In this document: positions 31,421 to 35,257 of the stretch, piece after piece
How the letters are laid out: each line of letters starts with the position of its first letter
How positions within the stretch are numbered: position 1 is the stretch's first letter
Source of the DNA: Sminthopsis crassicaudata
Taxonomy: Eukaryota
Assembly (NCBI RefSeq): GCF_048593235.1
Contig: NC_133623.1
Coordinates: 1,454,744 to 1,490,000 of the forward strand
Reading direction: 5' to 3'
Length of the DNA stretch: 35,257 nt
Translations under genes and position numbers: made by a program
The notes under the pieces: model-generated
Seen by the model: the letters and a program-made list of their open reading frames with translations, nothing else
Databases searched by the model: none
What the model was told of the DNA's origin: nothing

Positions 31421-32947
31421 AGGACAATGGCGGGAGTTGAGAGAGGAGGGTGTGAATCTGGGCCTGACCTTATTGATGAAGAATGTTTGCAAAAGCAGGG
31501 AGCAGTTCTAGATAATGGCCCCGGAGATTGGGATTAGCTGACCAATTTAAATTGATTGTGAGGGAAGATGCTAGAGAACTCAAGGCAGGAACAGCAGTGG
31601 GTATTCTGCCTCCCCAGACTTGACCAGGGAGGTCACAAAGTGCAACCAATCTGCATAAAGGGCAGCCAGAAGCTGGAGTCAGAAAGGTCCAGATGTTCCT
31701 TCTGGTACACAGTAGACTAGGTGGGCAGAGTTGACATGGGGCATGGAGTGGCGGAGGCTTCAGAAGTGAAGGTGAGTGAAGACTGTTGGGAGGGAGAATG
31801 GGAGTTTGTGGCTGGGGGCACCGAATCATTGGGATGGAGAGAATATGAGGTGGGGGAGAAGCTAACTCCTGAGAAATGAGTTCAAATTTTCCATGAATGG
31901 AGCTATATTCAGGATTCATGTTCATAGTCTTCCCTCCCACCTCCTAAGAGACAGGTAGGACCTGGGTGGCTGTGTGAAATGCGTCTGGGCCAGAAATGGC
32001 CCCTAGGGCAATGGAGGAAGCTCTGGGTGCAAAGGTGGCTCGTTGGGAAGGCCTTGGAGAAGAGTCTGAAGGCAGGACTCCCTGAGAAATCCCAGCGGGA
32101 AAGGGGGGGGTAAGGGGTGAATGAACTCAGAGTTAATATACATCAGGGCTGAGGGACATCCAGCCCAGTAGGGCCCCTAAAATCATTGAGTCTGGCCCTG
32201 CCAAGGCAACAGTAGGTGGCAACCACCTCCATCTGATTGCTTTGTGTGGCTCCCAAGTGCTGTTATAAATATCCCAAAGGCTCTTGGCAGAAATAAATCT
32301 ACCTCACCCCTGGTGGAGGTGGTGGATGAACAGCCCACCAGCTTCCTAAAATAGGGCTCCTTGTGATGCTCAGTGAGCTACATTGGTATCTTTTATGGGC
32401 TCAGCCCAAACCCCAGAGTATCCGCATGGGGCTTGACTAAGAAGGCCGGGGTTCACAGCAGATGTTCTGATCACAAATCCCATACTTCCTGCGCCCTAAC
32501 TGCCTTCCCTCCAACCCAAGGTTTCTCAAGAGACCCAAGGGAACTGTGCCTGAATCTGGGGATGAGGGTGGGACAAGGATTGAAACGTGCGACCAAGAGG
32601 AAAGGAGCTGGGAGAGGGCATTGGCCCAAAAGCTCTGCAGGAGGTCACTTGGGTCCATGGCCACTGTGAGCTTAGCATCCAATCCAGATGCTTTGTATTT
32701 CCTTTCCTTTGTCGGATTGCATGCCCTATGCCTGGCATCCCCCAGGTCCATCCAAGTGCCACGGCTACTGGCAATCCTTCCCTGCTAAAATGGGGGATGA
32801 GCAAGGGGGAGGCCTAGAGCCAGGGCTGCCCTGAGCCTTCCCAGCAGGTGAAAATTCATGTGGTATCTCTCACTCCTTGGTCCAGTGTGGGGAGCAGGAA
32901 AGCGGCTGGGACAGAGTCAAGGAAAGGGGATCTTTTTTTAAAATCTT

Positions 32948-32953
32948 TTTATT
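32948..32953 (-). terminator. Candidate poly(A) signal of MON1B
   Basis: AATAAA on minus ~670 nt after the MON1B stop, followed by a U-rich stretch. Confidence 0.6.
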
Positions 32954-33621
32954 TCTGCTCTCATTGAAGTCAAAGCCTTAAGGTGGCGAAAGAGTGCCCC
33001 TCGGCAAAGGCCAGGCAGATGGAGGGGGGGTGTGAAAAAAGGGGGGTGACAGGTTGGGCAGGGGCCAGGAGGAACTGTTCAGAACACGGAAGCTATTTCT
33101 GGCTGAGCCCAAGGAGAGAGACAGATGACGCCTCTCCGTGACTCACACAAACCGCAGCTTGGGACGACAAAAGGAAGAGGTGCCGATGGACGAGGGGCCC
33201 CCCTTCCCCGGGAAAGCCCAGCGTAGCCGGACATAAGGACTCTTCCAGCTACTCCCAGAGCCGCGATCTCCGAGCAACCCACAAAGGCTTGATCCTCCCA
33301 CACAGCTCTGCCTCCCCACCTCCCCGAGACACATTTAAAGTCACCGACACATGGAAAAAAACTGACTCTCGTGGACATAGACACAGGCCCTCACAGCTTC
33401 CTGCTTAGCCTTTAGGGAGGAACAGTAGGGAATAAGCTTCCTCCCCTAAACCCTGCTCAGGGAATAGGGCCCTTCTCAGGTATGTGGTAGCTGCCCCACT
33501 CCCATCCCTGATCCCGTCCAACCAAGACAAGCCAGAGAAGGGATCAATAGAGCCACGGCCCTCTCGTTCCCAGGGCCAGCAGATTAAGGTGCAAAGAGGG
33601 GCATGGACTTGCAGCAGAATC

Positions 33622-35257
33622 TCAAAGGCCGTTCTCCAGGGCGGAATCAGTCCTGTTGGGCCCGTGGCGGGCTGGGCCAGGGGCAGTTGAGTACTTTGGA
33701 GGGTATCGGATGAAGAGTCGGTCCTCTTCCCTCTTCACCCAACGCAGAAGCTTGGTAACAGCATGGATGGCACCTGATTTTGTCACCAGTGGGTTAAAGC
33801 AGGCATAAAGTTCAAATTTTGGTGTCACCTGGGAGGAGAAATCAGGGTTCAGAAGGGCGCTCGCCAGCTCCAGGGGGCCTGGCTGCCCTGCCTGGGCTCA
33901 CAGAACCAAGGGCTGCAGTTAAAAGCTGCCCTGAGTTCCTAGCCCAGCTACGGCCCCTTTGGAGCGGTGTGAGCCTTGAACCGGGACCCCCAGTTTCTTC
34001 CTCCACGAAATAAGGTTGGATTCAGTGACCTCTCAGGTCTCTTCCAGCTCCAGATTGCTGCCAAGAAGCGGGACTCTTGTTGTCTCTCTATGGAGCTTCA
34101 CCTGACTCCACAAGGAGCTGCCTTCCCCTTGGATGAAGCTCTAGCTCAGATGGCGGGGAGGCACGGGCTCTTCCCACTCGCTGTAGCTCATGAGCGTTGG
34201 CTAAGGCCCTGCCCCTCTCTAACACCAGCTATTCTGGGTGTCTGCGCTTTCCCTGGGCCAGGGGTGGAGCACTCTGGTGAACAGAGCATTTGGGGCTCTA
34301 AATTTTACTTTAAAACATGACTCAGAAGGTGAAGGTGTGGCATTTTTATTACTAAATACTCTTCCAGTTCTGAGCCCCCTACTACTAGATCGCTGGCGAA
34401 CCCTCCCCAGTGCCCTAAGCAGCTTAGGGCCCGTAATGGCGGGGTGACCTCCCTTGGAGGGCAGGTTCTCAACCCTCTCTCTCCTCGCTTCCCCTGGAGC
34501 GGTCCTTGAACCTGTGCAAAGAGCCTCAAGTGCATATCCTCAGAGTTTGGCATTTGCTTAACTTGAATGCTGTGAACCCCAGAAAAGCCCAGAACGGGGA
34601 AACCTTATCCTTCTCAGGGGTCTCTGTCTCAGACTTGCTCCGAACCACGGCAGGAACCCAGCTCACCCAAGCAAGCAGGGTCTCCTTCTCAGCCACGTGG
34701 TAGATGAGCCGAAGGGGCCTCGATGGGGAATGCAGACGCCCGTGCAGGTGATAGTAGAGGTCGAAGAGCCTCTGGCGTTCACACTCGCTGGCGTACGGGC
34801 CCTCCATCTCTGGGCTGGCGGGAGACAGGGGTCAGAAGGATCTGTCAAAAGGGATCCTTCTTCCCTTTTCTCCAACTCCTCTTCCCTTCCCTTGTCCACC
34901 TTCCCTCCACACCCCCCTCGTTCCCTCCCTCCAAAAACCCTCCCATAACTGATGCCCCACAGTCAGTCACCTGGTGAACTGCGGCAGCTGTCGATAGTTG
35001 TCAGGGACGTCAAAAGGCTTGTAGAGGAAGTGCCGTAGGTCAGGGGTGCCGACCGCACTGACCCCATAGGAGGGCAGCCCCACCCCCCCGCTGGCAAGAA
35101 CCCGGGAGGCACCCAGGGCTTGCAGACCCTCTTCAACTATCCGCTTGCAGCCCGCCAGGGCATGGAAGGCCTCCCGGTCAGTTGAGAGGAGCACGAGGCA
35201 GATAGCGTAGTCAGTGTTGTCACCTAGGTAACTGACGTAAGCGTAAAAAAAGCCATC
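33622..35257 (-). CDS. MON1B: Vacuolar fusion protein MON1 homolog B (Mon1-Ccz1 Rab7 GEF subunit), last three coding exons; 5' part outside the window
   Basis: Exons 34971->35257 (DGFFYAYVSYL...LLSTDREAFHALAGC...LRHFLYKPFDVPDNYRQLPQFT), 34667-34814 (SPEMEGPY..ERQRLFDLY..LHSPSRPLRLIYHVAEKETLLAW) and 33622-33828 (VTPKFELYACFNPLVTK..LLRWVKREEDRLFIRYPPKYST..ENGL*). GT-AG ends and phases are consistent; 'RPLRLIYHVAEKETLLAW' and 'RQLPQFTS' match MON1B as recalled. Confidence 0.95.

Overview
Mammalian genomic DNA, almost certainly from an Australian (probably dasyurid) marsupial, judging by WSINE1, Mar1 and RTE/BovB-type repeats and marsupial-type L1 3' UTRs. Three spliced genes lie head-to-tail on the minus strand. 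MON1B contributes its last three coding exons (33.6-35.3 kb, truncated by the window). A SYCE1/SYCE1L-family synaptonemal-complex gene has 13-14 exons that I reconstructed by hand (14.1-28.4 kb). CXXC1/CFP1 is complete, with 15 exons and about 621 aa (2.6-8.6 kb). A further CpG-island promoter at about 0.8-1.8 kb probably starts a fourth minus-strand gene (MBD1 by synteny only). Intergenic DNA and SYCE1-like introns are rich in L1, L2, RTE, SINE and LTR remnants. The most interesting signals are: (1) the gene neighbourhood, which is split over different chromosomes in human; (2) a SYCE1-architecture gene at the SYCE1L position, with an anomalous exon 7 and alternative 3' ends; (3) a strong-Kozak ATG fused in frame to an intact L1 ORF2 C-terminus downstream of the CXXC1 bidirectional promoter. 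Comparisons to human proteins are from memory; no alignments or searches were run. I see no firm evidence of a wholly new biological system.
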